Shown one piece after another: positions 9,862 to 19,912 of a DNA stretch of 64,000 nt (the first letter of the stretch is position 1; every line of letters begins with the position of its first letter). Position numbers and translations under genes: made by a program. Source of the DNA: Eubacteriales bacterium (GTDB taxonomy: Bacteria > Bacillota > Clostridia > Oscillospirales > CAG-272); assembly GCA_051867815.1 (NCBI GenBank), contig JBJDZD010000141.1, positions 19,432 through 83,431 on the forward strand, read 5' to 3'. The notes beneath the pieces were generated by a model. That model searched no databases and was not told the DNA's origin. It saw nothing but the letters and a program-made list of their open reading frames with translations.

Positions 9862-9976
9862 GTTTTCACTCTCTTTCCTGAATTTGCACGAATTTCTGCA
9901 TTATATTATAATACATAGTATATTATAGCACAATCGGTATAAAAATGCAAGCATTTTTTAATTTTACATTTAACTG

Positions 9977-10005
9977 TTGCAAAACGGAAAAATATGTTGT
10001 ATAAT
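9977..10005 (+). promoter_or_regulatory. Sigma-A type promoter for the HAD/murB/whiA/dnaE gene string
   Basis: TTGCAA (9977-9982), a 17-nt spacer and TATAAT (10000-10005) lie ~30 nt upstream of the ATG at 10035. Confidence 0.6.
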
Positions 10006-10034
10006 ATATTGTGAGAAAATGTTGGAGTATTGTA

Positions 10035-10721
10035 ATGAGAAAATATAAATGGCTGCTTTTTGATGCAGACGAGACCCTGCTTGATTTCAAGCTCGCGGAG
10101 GCAGAGGCGATAAAGGCTACCTTTACGGCGTTCGGCCTGCCGACGGAGTACGAGTACATTGACACATACAGCAAGATCAACGACGGGCTTTGGAAGATGC
10201 TTGAGCGCAGGGAAGTCACAAAGGAGCGCCTTAAGGTGGAGCGTTTTGAGAGATTTTGCGAGCATTACGGCTTCCCTCCGATGGGCAGGGAGCTTGCGGA
10301 TGCGTATTGCGGCAATCTCGGTCGACAGACTGCCCTTATCGACGGTGCGGAGGAGGTCTGCCGTGTACTCTCGGGCAAATATAAAATGTATATTGTAACA
10401 AACGGAATATATTCTGTTCAATCCGCGCGCCTCGGCAGCTGTGCCATCAAGGATTACTTTGAAAAATGCTATATTTCCGACGAGATCGGTTGCGAAAAGC
10501 CCTCGCGTGGCTTCTTTGATGCCGTGGCGGCGGATATTCCCGGCTTTGACGTTTCGCGTGCGCTCGTCATCGGCGATTCGCTGACCTCGGATATCAAGGG
10601 CGGCTCGGATTACGGTATGGACACCTGCTGGCTCAACAGAAGCGCCAAGAGCGCTCCCGAGGGCATGAATATTACCTATATCATCAAGGATATCCGCGAT
10701 ATTCTTGACATTCTGGAGTAA
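10035..10721 (+). CDS. HAD-superfamily hydrolase, YjjG-like (noncanonical pyrimidine nucleotidase type)
   Basis: YKWLLFDADETLLDF is HAD motif I. GDSLTSDIKGGSDYGMDTCWLN is a YjjG-like C-terminal motif. A GGAG RBS precedes ATG 10035. Confidence 0.75.
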   Translation: MRKYKWLLFDADETLLDFKLAEAEAIKATFTAFGLPTEYEYIDTYSKINDGLWKMLERREVTKERLKVERFERFCEHYGFPPMGRELADAYCGNLGRQTALIDGAEEVCRVLSGKYKMYIVTNGIYSVQSARLGSCAIKDYFEKCYISDEIGCEKPSRGFFDAVAADIPGFDVSRALVIGDSLTSDIKGGSDYGMDTCWLNRSAKSAPEGMNITYIIKDIRDILDILE

Positions 10722-10723
10722 AA

Positions 10724-11632
10724 ATGAACTGCATTTCTTTGCTTGATAAGTTGAATATCGAATATGTCAAAGATCTCTCACTTGCGACGAAATCAAGCTT
10801 TCGCATCGGCGGAGCGGCGGATATCGCCGTTTTTCCGCGAACGGAGAACGAGCTTGCCGCGGCCGTCCGCGCAGTCCGTGAAAGCGGACTGCCACTGCTC
10901 GTGGTCGGCAACGGCTCGAATATCCTTTTTGAGGATGGAGGCTACCGCGGCGCGGTGGTCTTTACCGAGAAAATGAATGAAACGCTCGTTTGCGGCAACA
11001 GTATTATTGCAGGTGCCGGCGCGTCATTTACCGCGCTTGCGCTCACGGCAAAAAACGCCTCGCTCTGCGGCCTTGAGTTTGCATACGGAATCCCGGGAAG
11101 CGTTGGCGGCGCAGTCGTTATGAATGCCGGAGCATACGGCGGAGAAGTGGCGCAGGTCATTGACTCCTGCCGCGTCTACGATGCACAAACGGACGAGTTT
11201 TTAACTCTTTCAAAGGACGAAATGAAGCTCTCATACCGCCATACGGTGTTTAGCGAAAATAAAGATCTCATTTGCCTTTCGGCGGAATTTACCCTCAAAG
11301 AGGGTAACGCCGACGTAATAGATGCGAAAATGCGCGAGTTGATGCAGAGAAGGCGCGATAAGCAACCACTTGAATATCCCAGCGCAGGCAGCGTTTTCAA
11401 GCGGCCGGCTCCGGATCTTTTCGTTGGTAAGATGATAGAGGATTCGGGGCTTAAGGGCTTGACTGTGGGCGGCGCCCGGGTCTCCGAAAAGCATGCCGGA
11501 TTTATAGTAAATATCGGTGGTGCGACTGCCGCCGACGTGCTTGAGCTGATTTCTCGCGTGCAGGCGGTCATAAAGTCAAATTACGGCGTGGAGCTTGAAT
11601 GTGAAGTGCGCCGAGTGGGTGACGGGCGATGA
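10724..11632 (+). CDS. murB: UDP-N-acetylenolpyruvoylglucosamine reductase
   Basis: The FAD-binding pattern SFRIGGAADI...VVGNGSNILF and the C-terminal region PSAGSVFKRP...GGARVSEKHAGFIVN are present. Confidence 0.9.
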   Translation: MNCISLLDKLNIEYVKDLSLATKSSFRIGGAADIAVFPRTENELAAAVRAVRESGLPLLVVGNGSNILFEDGGYRGAVVFTEKMNETLVCGNSIIAGAGASFTALALTAKNASLCGLEFAYGIPGSVGGAVVMNAGAYGGEVAQVIDSCRVYDAQTDEFLTLSKDEMKLSYRHTVFSENKDLICLSAEFTLKEGNADVIDAKMRELMQRRRDKQPLEYPSAGSVFKRPAPDLFVGKMIEDSGLKGLTVGGARVSEKHAGFIVNIGGATAADVLELISRVQAVIKSNYGVELECEVRRVGDGR

Positions 11633-12501
11633 CCTTTACGGAAAGAGTACGCGCAGAGCTTGTGCAGTCGCTGTGCCACTCCCAATGCTGTCGCAGAGCC
11701 GCTCTTTGCGGCATCCTCATAAATGCGGATTGCTCGCCCGACGGCGGCATTTACGCCAAGCTTTCCGATAAAGGTACCACGGAGCTGATGTTAAAGCTCC
11801 TGCGCGAGAATTACGGCAGGGAGGCTTGTGCGGAATACTCCAACAGCTACGGCAGAACTACTGCCGAGGTCGGATTTACCTCGGAAAAGCTGGCGGACAA
11901 GCTTCGCGAATTTTCCTTCGGAAGCGAGATAACTTTGTTTAAGTGCAAGGACTGCAAGTCCGCGTTTTTTGCCGGCTTGTTGCTTTCCGCGGCCAATTTT
12001 TCAAATCCCGAGCGCGAATCGCGCATGGAAATACGCATAAATGACCCTGTACGCGCCGAGAGCGTGCGTCGTCTCTTCGCCGATATCGGCCACGAGCCGA
12101 GAGTTTCCGACAGGGACGGCATATCCTCCCTCATTTTCAAGCGTAGCGAGGACGTTGAGGATATTCTCACGATTTCCGGCGCAGGCACATCCTCAATGGA
12201 ACTGATGCAGGGAAAGCTGATGCGCGAATTTCGCGGTAAGATCAACCGTGACTCAAATTGCGAGTTCGGAAACATCGGCAAGACCGCGGCGGCGGCAAAC
12301 GCGCAGATAGAGGCAATAAGATATCTGCGCAACAGCGGCCGCTTCGATCAGCTTCCCGACGAGCTTAAGGAAACGGCAACTCTGCGAGAGGAGGAGCCGG
12401 ATATGTCCCTTTCCGACCTCGCGGCGAAGCATTGTCCGCCGATTACGAAGTCGGGGCTTAATCACAGGCTCAAAAAATTGATGGAATTAGCGGAAAAATA
12501 A
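11629..12501 (+). CDS. whiA: DNA-binding protein WhiA (sporulation/cell-division regulator)
   Basis: The FTERVRAEL start, AFFAGLLLSAANF (degenerate LAGLIDADG region) and a C-terminal HTH (LSDLAAKHCPPITKSGLNHRLKKL) all match. A 4-nt overlap links it to murB. Confidence 0.85.
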   Translation: MTFTERVRAELVQSLCHSQCCRRAALCGILINADCSPDGGIYAKLSDKGTTELMLKLLRENYGREACAEYSNSYGRTTAEVGFTSEKLADKLREFSFGSEITLFKCKDCKSAFFAGLLLSAANFSNPERESRMEIRINDPVRAESVRRLFADIGHEPRVSDRDGISSLIFKRSEDVEDILTISGAGTSSMELMQGKLMREFRGKINRDSNCEFGNIGKTAAAANAQIEAIRYLRNSGRFDQLPDELKETATLREEEPDMSLSDLAAKHCPPITKSGLNHRLKKLMELAEK

Positions 12502-12518
12502 ACTGAAAGGTGCCAAAA

Positions 12519-15500
12519 ATGGGCGATTTCGTTCATCTTCATCTGCATACCGAATACAGCTTGCTTGACGGCGCGTGCCGCATCAAGGATATCCCCGAGG
12601 CAGTTATTGCGGCGGGGCATTCTGCCGTTGCAATGACGGATCACGGTGCCATGTACGGTACCATGCAGTTCTACCGAACCTGCAAGGCGAAGGGTATCAA
12701 GCCGATAATCGGATGCGAGGTCTACGTTGCTCCCGGCTCGCGATTTGAGCGTATTGCCGGCCGCGAGGGCGGCTCGCACCACCTCGTCCTTCTCTGCGAG
12801 AACGAAACGGGCTACCGCAACCTCACCTACATGGTCTCAAAGGCGTTTACTGAGGGCTTTTATTCCCGTCCGCGCGTTGATCTTGAACTGATTCGCCACC
12901 ATTCGGAGGGGCTTATTGCGCTTTCCGCGTGCCTTTCGGGCGAGATACCGTCCGCGCTTTGCGCAGGCGACCGCGAAAGGGCGGAGAATATCGCCAAAAC
13001 ATATAAACAGATATTCGGAAAAGACCGTTTTTATATCGAGCTTCAAAACCACGGTATAGCCGAGCAACGTCAGATACTGCCGGAGCTTTACGCGCTTGCA
13101 AAGGAGCTTGACATCCCCGTGGTCGCCACCAACGACGTCCACTATCTTCGCAAAAGCGATGCGCGCGCGCAGACGGTGCTGATGTGTATTCAAACCAACA
13201 CGACGATGGCGGACGGCGGTCGTCCCGGCTTTGAAACGGAAGAATTTTATTATAAATCCACCCTTGAAATGGAACGCCTTTTCGGCGGCTTTGAGGGCGC
13301 AATCGAAAATACCGTAAAGATTGCCGATATGTGCAATGTTGAGCTTGAGCATGAGGGATATGTTCTGCCGACTTTTCCGCTTAAAGATGGCGAAAATGCG
13401 GCGGATGTGCTTCGCTTGCACACCTATGAGGGGCTTGAGCGCTTGGCAAGCGCAGGCAGACTTCCTGCAGAGGGTTATACCTTTGAGGACTATATGAAGC
13501 GCGCCGATTACGAGCTTGACGTCATTCATTCAATGGGCTACGACGACTATTTTCTCATAGTTGCGGACTACGTCGGCTTTGCCAAGGGCGCGGGCATTCC
13601 CGTCGGCCCCGGCAGAGGCTCGGGATGCGGAAGTCTTGTGGCTTGGTGTACCTCGATCACGGACATTGACCCATTGCGCTTTGATCTTTTTTTCGAGCGC
13701 TTCCTGAATCCCGAGCGTGTAAGCATGCCCGACTTTGATATCGACTTCTGCTACAACCGCCGCGACGAGGTGCTGGCTTACGTAAAGGAAAAATACGGCG
13801 AGGATCGCGTTTCACAGATAATTACCTTCGGTACGCTTGCCGCACGTGCCGCCATACGCGATTGCGGCCGCGCCCTCGGCATGAGCTATGCCGAGGTGGA
13901 CGAGATCGCAAAGCTGATACCGCGCGAGCTTGACGTCACCATAGAACAGGCGATGGTCGTCCCGGCACTCAAGGAAAGATACGATTCATCGGATGATATC
14001 CGCGAGCTGATCGATACCGCACGCCTCTTGGAGGGCATGCCGAGAAATGTTTCCGTGCATGCCGCCGGTGTCGTTATAACCGAGCGTCCGGTCCTTGAGT
14101 ATCTGCCGCTTGCCGTTTCCAACGGCGCGGTCGTAACGCAGTTCGACATGGACACGGTCGCCTCGCTCGGACTTCTCAAATTCGACTTTTTAGCACTTCG
14201 GTATCTTACGATAATTGACGATGCCGTCAAGCAGATCAGGGAAAAAGACCCGGATTTTGACCTTGAAACGGTCGATATTTCCGATAAAAAGACCTACGAG
14301 CTTATCTCCACGGGTCAAACGAGCGGCGTGTTCCAGCTGGAGTCATCGGGCATGAAGTCGATGCTTACGAATCTTTGCCCCGAAAGTATAGATGATATCC
14401 TTGCCGCCATTGCGCTGTACCGTCCGGGACCGATGGAGTCGATTCCGAAATACATTGAGGGCAAGAACGCGCAGGATAAGGTCGAATACGCGCATCCCCT
14501 GCTTGAGCCGATATTGCGCCCGACCTACGGCTGTATCGTTTACCAAGAGCAGGTAATGAATATTTTCCGTACCGTTGCCGGTTTCTCCTTCGGCCGTGCG
14601 GACATCGTCCGCCGCGCCATGTCAAAGAAAAAAGCCTCCGCGCTTGCCGCGGAGAGGGATAATTTCATTGACGGAGCGGCACGGCGCGGTGTTGACCGCG
14701 AAACGGCGGAGAAGCTTTTCGAGGATATGTCGAGCTTTGCTTCATACGCCTTCAATAAGAGCCACGCGGCGGCGTACGCCATGCTTTCTTTCAGAACCGC
14801 GTACCTCAAAGCGCACTATCCGAGGGAGTATTTCTCGGCTCTGCTGACCTCCGTTCTCGGCAACGCGGATAAGATTGCGGAGTATATTGCGGAGGCAAAC
14901 AAATTCGGTATCCGTGTTCTGCCGCCGGACATAAATCGCAGTATGCTTGATTTCCATGTAAGCGGCGATGATATAACTTTCGGTCTGCTTGCGCTGAAAA
15001 ACGTCGGCAGGCAGTTCGTCGAAAGACTCATCCTCGAGCGCATCGACCGTCCGTTTGCCTCGTTTTCGGAGTTCCTCGAGAGAATGGCGGACGGCGACCT
15101 CAATCGCCGCATGGTCGAGTCGCTTATCAAGGCAGGAGCGTTTGACAGCCTCGGTGTATACCGTTCGAGATTGCTTGCAACGCTTGACGAAGCGCTTATG
15201 GCAATATCACGCAAGAGCCACGGCAATATTGCCGGGCAGATGGATATGTTCTCAATGTCGGAATCCGATATCGGGGGCGGCGAGAGCATAGTTTATCCGC
15301 AGATACCGGAGCTTCCGACCAAGGAGCTGCTTTATATGGAGCGCGAGGTCGCCGGGCTGTTCTTCTCGGGACATTTGCTTGACGGCTACGGCCTTCATAT
15401 CAAATCGCTTGAGCCTTTGAGCATTTCCGAAGTCACCGGCGGTGAGGATGATGACGAGGACGCATCTCTTGCGGACGGAACTAAGGTGACCCTTTGCGGC

Positions 15501-16049
15501 ATCATTTCATCCGTAACGCAAAAAACGACCCGTAAGGGCGGCAGTATGGCTTTTGCCACCCTTGAGGATCGTTCCGGCTCGCTGGAGCTTGTCATATTTT
15601 CAAAGCAATATGAAGCATACCGCAGGCATATCGAGGAAGACAACGCCGTTTGCATAACGGGTACCGTTTCACGCCGCGAGGGCGAGCGAAGTAAGATTAT
15701 CGTCAACTCCGCCGCCATGCTTCTGACCGACGAGGAGTTCGGACGCAGAAAGGCGGAGCCGTCGAAGCAGGCTCGCCCGGCACAAAATGCGCCGCAAGGT
15801 GCGTCGACACCACGATCTGCACCCGTTAAGCCGCCGTCCGTCGTCTATATCCGAGTGCCCTCGAGAGCATCCGAGATATACAAAAAATGCGAGAACATCG
15901 TTGAGATCTTTGAAGGCCTCACTCGCGTCAGCTTTTATTTCGCCGATACCAAGAAGTACAGCGAGTATCCGCACGGAATCGATATATCCGATACCGCGAT
16001 AAAGGAGCTTAAAAGGCTCGCGGGAGACGATTCGGTCGTCACGAAATAA
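12519..16049 (+). CDS. dnaE: DNA polymerase III alpha subunit (DnaE type)
   Basis: The PHP domain start FVHLHLHTEYSLLDG is present, along with PDFDIDF, GLLKFDFLAL and an OB-fold region near the C-terminus. ATG 12519 is preferred over GTG 12510 on RBS spacing. Confidence 0.95.
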   Translation: MGDFVHLHLHTEYSLLDGACRIKDIPEAVIAAGHSAVAMTDHGAMYGTMQFYRTCKAKGIKPIIGCEVYVAPGSRFERIAGREGGSHHLVLLCENETGYRNLTYMVSKAFTEGFYSRPRVDLELIRHHSEGLIALSACLSGEIPSALCAGDRERAENIAKTYKQIFGKDRFYIELQNHGIAEQRQILPELYALAKELDIPVVATNDVHYLRKSDARAQTVLMCIQTNTTMADGGRPGFETEEFYYKSTLEMERLFGGFEGAIENTVKIADMCNVELEHEGYVLPTFPLKDGENAADVLRLHTYEGLERLASAGRLPAEGYTFEDYMKRADYELDVIHSMGYDDYFLIVADYVGFAKGAGIPVGPGRGSGCGSLVAWCTSITDIDPLRFDLFFERFLNPERVSMPDFDIDFCYNRRDEVLAYVKEKYGEDRVSQIITFGTLAARAAIRDCGRALGMSYAEVDEIAKLIPRELDVTIEQAMVVPALKERYDSSDDIRELIDTARLLEGMPRNVSVHAAGVVITERPVLEYLPLAVSNGAVVTQFDMDTVASLGLLKFDFLALRYLTIIDDAVKQIREKDPDFDLETVDISDKKTYELISTGQTSGVFQLESSGMKSMLTNLCPESIDDILAAIALYRPGPMESIPKYIEGKNAQDKVEYAHPLLEPILRPTYGCIVYQEQVMNIFRTVAGFSFGRADIVRRAMSKKKASALAAERDNFIDGAARRGVDRETAEKLFEDMSSFASYAFNKSHAAAYAMLSFRTAYLKAHYPREYFSALLTSVLGNADKIAEYIAEANKFGIRVLPPDINRSMLDFHVSGDDITFGLLALKNVGRQFVERLILERIDRPFASFSEFLERMADGDLNRRMVESLIKAGAFDSLGVYRSRLLATLDEALMAISRKSHGNIAGQMDMFSMSESDIGGGESIVYPQIPELPTKELLYMEREVAGLFFSGHLLDGYGLHIKSLEPLSISEVTGGEDDDEDASLADGTKVTLCGIISSVTQKTTRKGGSMAFATLEDRSGSLELVIFSKQYEAYRRHIEEDNAVCITGTVSRREGERSKIIVNSAAMLLTDEEFGRRKAEPSKQARPAQNAPQGASTPRSAPVKPPSVVYIRVPSRASEIYKKCENIVEIFEGLTRVSFYFADTKKYSEYPHGIDISDTAIKELKRLAGDDSVVTK

Positions 16050-16500
16050 TATCGTAGACGGCACTCATTGCCTTCTCAAAATCCGAAAATTCTATTCCTT
16101 TTTGCAGTAAATCTCTGTCTTTTTCGTGCAGGTCGTTTTCGTTGATTATGCGCTCGTAGAGCTTGTCCTCGCCGCGGCTGACGACGAGCCTGCCATCCTT
16201 GAGAATGAGAACGAAGTTCTGCGGTGCGGGCTGTGCCGTGTCGTCCTGCTCCGAACTTTCGGCGGCCTTGGATGTTTCATCGGCTTCGGCGGTCTCAGTT
16301 TCGGGATCGCCGCCCCCTGTCGGAACGGCGGCGGTGCTGTCCGGCGTGTCGCTATACTCCGAAACGGGAAGGGTCGTTTCCGTGCCGCCCTGCAACCCGT
16401 GGCTGTATGCCCTTGCAACCGTGAAAACGGCAAAGGCGGAAACGATCAGCGCGACTATGGAAATGCACACAAAGGTGATAATGAGGCTTTTACTCTTCAT
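16039..16500 (-). CDS. Small membrane-anchored protein with acidic Thr/Glu/Asp linker, unknown function
   Basis: It has an N-terminal TM (LIITFVCISIVALIVSAFAVF), the low-complexity stretch TPDSTAAVPTGGGDPETETAEADETSKAAESSEQDD, and a small C-terminal domain (FVLILKDGRLVVSRGEDKLYE). It converges on dnaE with an 11-nt overlap. Confidence 0.5.
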   Translation of the reverse strand: MKSKSLIITFVCISIVALIVSAFAVFTVARAYSHGLQGGTETTLPVSEYSDTPDSTAAVPTGGGDPETETAEADETSKAAESSEQDDTAQPAPQNFVLILKDGRLVVSRGEDKLYERIINENDLHEKDRDLLQKGIEFSDFEKAMSAVYDIIS

Positions 16501-16622
16501 TTTTGATCCTTTTACAAATTTTTTTGCTTACGCTGAATATATTATCGACCGATATTCATAAAATATTCAAAAATGTATGATAATATGGTAGCACACACAT
16601 TTTACGATAACGGAGTAACCAA

Positions 16623-19283
16623 ATGTCAAATAAAAAAATAAATTGGGGAGAAGAACTGAAAACAGCCGGCAGGGCAGGCATTTCGGGCGTCGGAAAATTC
16701 TTTCAGATACTCGCAAACGTGCTGATAACCATCCTGCTGATAATTGCACTGACGGGTATTTTGGTCGTTTGTGCCTTTTCGGTGTATATAAACAACTATG
16801 TTGAGACCGAAATAGACGTTGAGCTTTTCAAAATGGACAACGTCACAGGCTCCACAACCACTCATATTTACCGTGTTGAATACGATACTCTTCTTGACCG
16901 CATCAATCGCAACGGCACAATAGTTGAAATGGATTCTGAGGCAGACAAGCAGTTGCAGGGTGAGGTTGACCAGACCTATGTTACGCTTGACAAGATCCCG
17001 GATAACATGGTCAATGCAATAATCGCCATTGAGGACAAGCGCTTCATGACGCACAGCGGAGTTGACTGGCGCCGCACCGTCGGTGCCGGCTTGACCTTCT
17101 TCACAGGCGGCGGTTACGGCGGCTCCTCCATCACGCAACAGCTTATCAAGAATGTTACGGGCGAGGACGATTACTCCATTCAGCGTAAGATCCAGGAGAT
17201 CTTCTGGGCGCTCGATCTTGAAACCAAGATGGATAAAGAGGAAATAATCGAGCTTTATCTTAATATCGTAAATTTCGGCCACGGTTCCAACGGCGTTCAG
17301 GCGGCGGCTCACAATTATTTTTCCAAGGATGCCTCCGAGCTAACTCTTATCGAGTGCGCGGCGATAGCCTGCATCACGAAAAACCCGTCATATTACGACC
17401 CGGTATATTATCCCGAGCATAATGCGAAAAGACGAAACGTAGTTCTTTACGAAATGTACGAGCAGGGTCTTATCACCTACCGCGAATATGACGAAGCGCG
17501 CAATCAGGAGCTTGTCCTCAACGTTCCCGGAAGCGACGCTCCCGACACGGACGAGGATACCTCGGGCGTCAATTCGTGGTATGCCGACATGGTAATTGAG
17601 GACGTAATAGACGACCTCATGGAAAAGTACAACTATTCGGAGAAGATGGCAGCCATTCTCGTATACAACGGCGGCTTGAACATCGTTTCCCTCGTTGACC
17701 CCGATATTCAGAAGGTGCTGGAGGATGCTTTCCTTGACGACAGTAACTTCCCCGAGGATAAATCGGGTATAAAGGCGCAATGCTCCGCCATTGTGATCGA
17801 CCCGTATACGGGTGACGTCCTCGGCGTCGTGGGCGCAAGGGGAGAGAAAACGGCAAACCGTATTCAGAACTTTGCCACGATGACCAAGCGTCCTCCCGGC
17901 TCGGCGATCAAGCCCTTGTCGGTTTATGCTCCGGCGTTTGAAAAGGGCTTGCTGACATGGTCGACCGTTATGGAAGATACTCCGCACAGCTATCCCGGTA
18001 ATAAGGCGTGGCCCAAGAACTCCTATAATCTCTATGCCGGATACGTAAACGCCAAATACGTCATTCGCCGTTCTACCAACACCACGGCAGTCAAGATGGT
18101 TGAGAAGGTCGGACTGCAGAATGCTTTTGATTTCTGTTACGATACGCTCAATATGAAGAGCATGATCGAGTACGGTGAGCTTTCGGACGGTACGCCCTAT
18201 ACCGACGTCGGCCTTGCCTCTCTCGCGCTCGGACAGCTCAACTACGGCGTTACCGTTCGTGAGATAACCGCGGCTTACTCCATTTTCGTAAACAGCGGCA
18301 TATACAGCAAGCCTAATTCCTACCTTAAGGTCACCGATGCAAACGGAAACGTACTGCTTGAGAACGGCTACGAGGGCACGGTTGCAATCTCCGAGGAGAC
18401 CGCGTCGCTTATGACCATGCTGCTTGAGAGCGTTCCGAGAACCGGAGGTACTGCGTCGGCGTTGACCTTCGACAGCAAGTACGATATCGACGTTGCCGGT
18501 AAGACGGGTTCCGCAGGTGACTATTACGACAGATGGTTCATCGGCTTTACTCCCTATTATCTCTGCGGCGTATGGTACGGCTACGAATATCCCAAGTCTA
18601 TCAGCGCATCGTCAAACCCCTGCCTGAAGGTATGGGATGCCGTCATGGGAAAGATCCACGAGGATCAGGTCATTGCAAAGATGCAGCCGGGCGACAAATA
18701 TCTTGAATTCAACGTATCAAACAATCTCGTTCAGTGTACCTTCTGCAGGGATTCCGGACTTCTCATGAGCGAGGTCTGCTCCCACGACCCGCGCGGAGAC
18801 CGCTCGGAGACGGGTTGGTTTATCAAGGGTACGGAGCCTACCGAATACTGCGATACCCACATCATGGTCGACTACGACTACGTTGAGAAGTCGATCGCGT
18901 GCGAGTGGTGTCCACCCGAAAACATCACTCAGGTCGCACTCATCAAGGTTGACCGCAAATTCCCCATAAACGTAGCCGTTTACGATGCTCAGTATGGATA
19001 TATGGAGCTGCCCTTCGACGTTATGCCGTATTCAACCGTATATTATCCCTATTACTTCAATTTGGGCGGCAAGGATTATTACGTCGGCTACACCTACGGC
19101 TATGTTCAATACAACAAGACTTGCTTAAAGCATTTCGACAGGCAGGCATGGAAGGATAAGGTCGCCGAGATAATTGCAGGCGCGAATACGACTGCTCCTT
19201 TGCCGGAGACCACGGTGACACCGTCCGGTCTAAGTATAAGCCCGGAGAATTTGTTTACTTTTACCAAAAAGTACAAATGGTAA
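16623..19283 (+). CDS. Class A penicillin-binding protein (GT51 glycosyltransferase + transpeptidase)
   Basis: The GT51 motifs are AIIAIEDKRFMTHSGVDWRR and GGSSITQQLIKN. The transpeptidase SxxK is PGSAIKP. There is an N-terminal TM anchor. Length is 886 aa. Confidence 0.9.
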   Translation: MSNKKINWGEELKTAGRAGISGVGKFFQILANVLITILLIIALTGILVVCAFSVYINNYVETEIDVELFKMDNVTGSTTTHIYRVEYDTLLDRINRNGTIVEMDSEADKQLQGEVDQTYVTLDKIPDNMVNAIIAIEDKRFMTHSGVDWRRTVGAGLTFFTGGGYGGSSITQQLIKNVTGEDDYSIQRKIQEIFWALDLETKMDKEEIIELYLNIVNFGHGSNGVQAAAHNYFSKDASELTLIECAAIACITKNPSYYDPVYYPEHNAKRRNVVLYEMYEQGLITYREYDEARNQELVLNVPGSDAPDTDEDTSGVNSWYADMVIEDVIDDLMEKYNYSEKMAAILVYNGGLNIVSLVDPDIQKVLEDAFLDDSNFPEDKSGIKAQCSAIVIDPYTGDVLGVVGARGEKTANRIQNFATMTKRPPGSAIKPLSVYAPAFEKGLLTWSTVMEDTPHSYPGNKAWPKNSYNLYAGYVNAKYVIRRSTNTTAVKMVEKVGLQNAFDFCYDTLNMKSMIEYGELSDGTPYTDVGLASLALGQLNYGVTVREITAAYSIFVNSGIYSKPNSYLKVTDANGNVLLENGYEGTVAISEETASLMTMLLESVPRTGGTASALTFDSKYDIDVAGKTGSAGDYYDRWFIGFTPYYLCGVWYGYEYPKSISASSNPCLKVWDAVMGKIHEDQVIAKMQPGDKYLEFNVSNNLVQCTFCRDSGLLMSEVCSHDPRGDRSETGWFIKGTEPTEYCDTHIMVDYDYVEKSIACEWCPPENITQVALIKVDRKFPINVAVYDAQYGYMELPFDVMPYSTVYYPYYFNLGGKDYYVGYTYGYVQYNKTCLKHFDRQAWKDKVAEIIAGANTTAPLPETTVTPSGLSISPENLFTFTKKYKW

Positions 19284-19368
19284 AGTGAAATTTTCAAAAA
19301 CCATTGACAAAACCCTTTCTTGGATGTATAATAATGATACCACATCATGCTATGGAGGAAAAAACAGT

Positions 19369-19863
19369 ATGAAAAAGTTTTTTGCAATGACTCTCGCGGT
19401 TATTATGCTCGCTATGTGCTTCGCATCCTGCGCACCTGCGGAAGTTGATAACAGAATCAAGGTAACCATCAACGTAAGAGACCTTCCCACAGAGGATGAC
19501 CCCGACGGCGTTTACTTCCTTAAGACACCGTCAGACGTTGATTTCAAGGTAGATCCGGAAACAAAGCTTCTTGACGCTCTTACCGCTCTTTGCGCGGAGA
19601 GAGAGGGCGCATCCTATGAGGTGTCCGCAATCACCGGCGAGTTTATCAAGTTCGTTTACGGCTCGGAAACGCTTGAAGGAGAAACCAAGAAGTTAGCCGA
19701 GGACAAGGAAGCAAACAAGACCCAGTACGTCATAACCCAGTTCGTCGTTACCGTAAACGGTACCGCGCTTAAGAACGAGGACATTGCAGGCTATGTTCTT
19801 CAAGACAACGACGTCGTTGAGATCCGTCTTACCGAGGGCGAACCTTTCTGGGAGAATAACTGA
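19369..19863 (+). CDS. Lipoprotein, possibly DUF4430-like
   Basis: ATG 19369 follows a GGAGGA RBS. The signal peptide ends in the lipobox-like CFASC. The C-terminal pattern VTVNGTALKNEDIAGYVLQDNDVVEIRL resembles DUF4430, but that assignment is from memory only. Confidence 0.55.
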   Translation: MKKFFAMTLAVIMLAMCFASCAPAEVDNRIKVTINVRDLPTEDDPDGVYFLKTPSDVDFKVDPETKLLDALTALCAEREGASYEVSAITGEFIKFVYGSETLEGETKKLAEDKEANKTQYVITQFVVTVNGTALKNEDIAGYVLQDNDVVEIRLTEGEPFWENN

Positions 19864-19876
19864 TAATTTCCAATAA

Positions 19877-19912
19877 CAAAAGACCCGAACCGAGCCGGTT
19901 CGGGTCTTTTGT
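19877..19912. terminator. Bidirectional intrinsic terminator between the lipoprotein gene and mnmA
   Basis: An 11-bp perfect stem GACCCGAACCG/CGGTTCGGGTC has a 3-nt loop, with an A-run on the left and TTTT on the right. Confidence 0.8.

Noticed and set aside
16039-16500. Assignment of the small membrane-anchored protein as a BofC-like sporulation checkpoint protein.
   Set aside because: The only support is a vague resemblance of the C-terminal segment (KDGRLVVSRGEDKLYE). That is too weak without an HMM hit, so it is left as hypothetical.
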